In this document: positions 32,498-33,623 of the stretch, in pieces
Numbering within the stretch: position 1 is the first letter of the stretch
Layout of the letters: each line of letters starts with the position of its first letter
From: a bacterium
GTDB taxonomy: Bacteria > Patescibacteriota > Saccharimonadia > UBA4664
Length of the DNA stretch: 33,623 nucleotides
Direction of reading: 5' to 3'
Assembly: GCA_043740495.1 (NCBI GenBank)
Contig: JAYUCF010000057.1
Location: 1 to 33,623, forward strand
The notes under the pieces: model-generated
The model's database searches: none
What the model was told of the DNA's origin: nothing
What the model saw: the letters and a program-made list of their open reading frames with translations, nothing else
Made by a program: the position numbers and the translations under genes

Positions 32498-33623
32498 TTA
32501 GGGTTTTAAGGAAAAGCTGACAAGCCGGTTGTCGACGGTGGCAAATACTTTGCCCAATTTTTGATCATAAATTGCGTCGTAGAGTTTTTTAGTGTCCTGG
32601 AGGGTGATTTGTTTGGCGAAGACTACCTGGTCGGCTTTGGCGTTCCAAATGGCTATGCGTCCGCTGCTCTGACTGGTTCCGATCACAAAGTCGCCGCCGG
32701 CCACGGAGCGCAGATTCGTGAGGTGGCCGAGCGAAGACGGGGTAGGGAGGGACTGCTTGAGTACTGGTCCCAGAAAACGTTGGAGACCGGAGTCGGATGT
32801 CACATATATCCAGCCATCAACCGCTAGGCCCGAAGTATTCTTTGATGAAACTGTTGTAGAAATGTAATTAGAACTTGGTGAATAACCGTTAGCGTTACGC
32901 ACGTTTTTGTAAACGGCTGTGTCGCCCAATAAGTATATATTTGAGCCATACGAAGCTATAGATGAAGCTTTTGGCCATTGGCCATATGCCAAAGTTTGCT
33001 CTGCTAAAGAATCATTGCTGTATCGGTAAAACCAAACAGACGGTTTATTTGTAAGAATAAATATTCCATCGTTGGCAGAAGATATAGTTGTGTTAACTAC
33101 ATCACCTAGTATAGATGTATTGGCAGTTGAATCTTTCTGATCGCCGGTCTCAAGATTGATAATCGAGATAGCATTGTGGTTGGCTGCGTCGAACACAAAG
33201 GCGTGCGCACCATCGGATTCGAAATGAATTGGGCGGGCATTTTTGGCGCTAATCTCGGCGACGGTCATGGGACTGACTTTTACCAGGCCGTCGAGTTGGT
33301 CGATTTGATCGGCCACCAGGGCCTTAAAGGCGGCAACGGAGGTGGGCTCGCCCTCGTAGAGAGGATTGTTTTTGAGGCGGCGGTTAATGGCGGCTTCGTT
33401 GGCAATTACACTGGGTAATTTTGCCTGTACAGCGACTAGCGAGGCCCGACTGGCGGTTTTGTTGCCATCCGCAGCAAGGGTTTGGGCGTGTGAATATTCC
33501 TGAAACAGAGTTTGGTACTGGGAGAATTGCTTGGCGCCGGCGGCATTGGACCCGGAAAGCCACAGGATGAGCCCGATACCACCAAATAGAGCCAGCACGG
33601 TGACCGCGCTGATCCGGCGGCCT
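32498..33623 (-). CDS. Membrane-anchored hypothetical protein (repeat-rich, beta-propeller-like extracytoplasmic part); N-terminus outside window
   Basis: The frame stays open upstream of the GTG at 33598 to the window edge (...GRRISAVTVLALFGGIGLILWLSG is a TM helix). The rest is S/N/T/G-rich with recurring hydrophobic-G-D/S patterns. Confidence 0.55.
   Translation of the reverse strand, partial: GRRISAVTVLALFGGIGLILWLSGSNAAGAKQFSQYQTLFQEYSHAQTLAADGNKTASRASLVAVQAKLPSVIANEAAINRRLKNNPLYEGEPTSVAAFKALVADQIDQLDGLVKVSPMTVAEISAKNARPIHFESDGAHAFVFDAANHNAISIINLETGDQKDSTANTSILGDVVNTTISSANDGIFILTNKPSVWFYRYSNDSLAEQTLAYGQWPKASSIASYGSNIYLLGDTAVYKNVRNANGYSPSSNYISTTVSSKNTSGLAVDGWIYVTSDSGLQRFLGPVLKQSLPTPSSLGHLTNLRSVAGGDFVIGTSQSSGRIAIWNAKADQVVFAKQITLQDTKKLYDAIYDQKLGKVFATVDNRLVSFSLKP

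Overview
33.6-kb chromosomal window with about 30 protein genes, one tmRNA gene, one small integrated element and one clear pseudogene. I found no rRNA, canonical tRNA or CRISPR array. The gene content is LCP, CHAP, Pmt-type O-mannosyltransferase, a type IV pilus ATPase and many apparently leaderless genes. This suggests a small-genome monoderm-type bacterium, Saccharibacteria/CPR-like or actinobacteria-like; lineage is inference only. Order of content: two divergent GT4 glycosyltransferases; an alpha/beta hydrolase; a small acidic protein; ssrA (tmRNA, 3677-4054). A visibly lower-GC insert of about 3.2 kb sits in the ssrA 3' end. It carries a large serine recombinase whose last codons are antisense to the tmRNA 3' end and terminator, a TerS-like HTH protein and a zinc-ribbon/G5-like membrane protein. 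A degenerate second copy of the tmRNA 3' portion plus a strong terminator follows at 7111-7309. Next come a hypothetical gene, a second acidic paralog, a decayed aldo/keto reductase, orphan genes, a third acidic paralog, a SAM methyltransferase, an MFS transporter, an FKBP PPIase, guaB and an LCP protein. After these is a trehalase / GH13 alpha-glucosidase / ROK kinase cluster and a zinc-ribbon surface protein with a degenerate metalloprotease-like motif. The envelope region holds pilB, a large GT-C-like membrane protein, GT2 polyprenol-phosphate glycosyltransferase, GT39 Pmt, a CHAP peptidase and an HExxH coiled-coil protein. The window ends with smpB, argS and a partial membrane-anchored protein. 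Most interesting: the ssrA-targeting serine-recombinase mini-element with dual-coded tmRNA 3' end; a three-member family of small acidic FGERI-motif proteins; a recurrent extended -10 box placed 6-7 nt from the ATG (leaderless genes); and an actinobacteria-style protein O-mannosylation module next to pilB. All functional calls come from motif recognition by eye. No searches were run.
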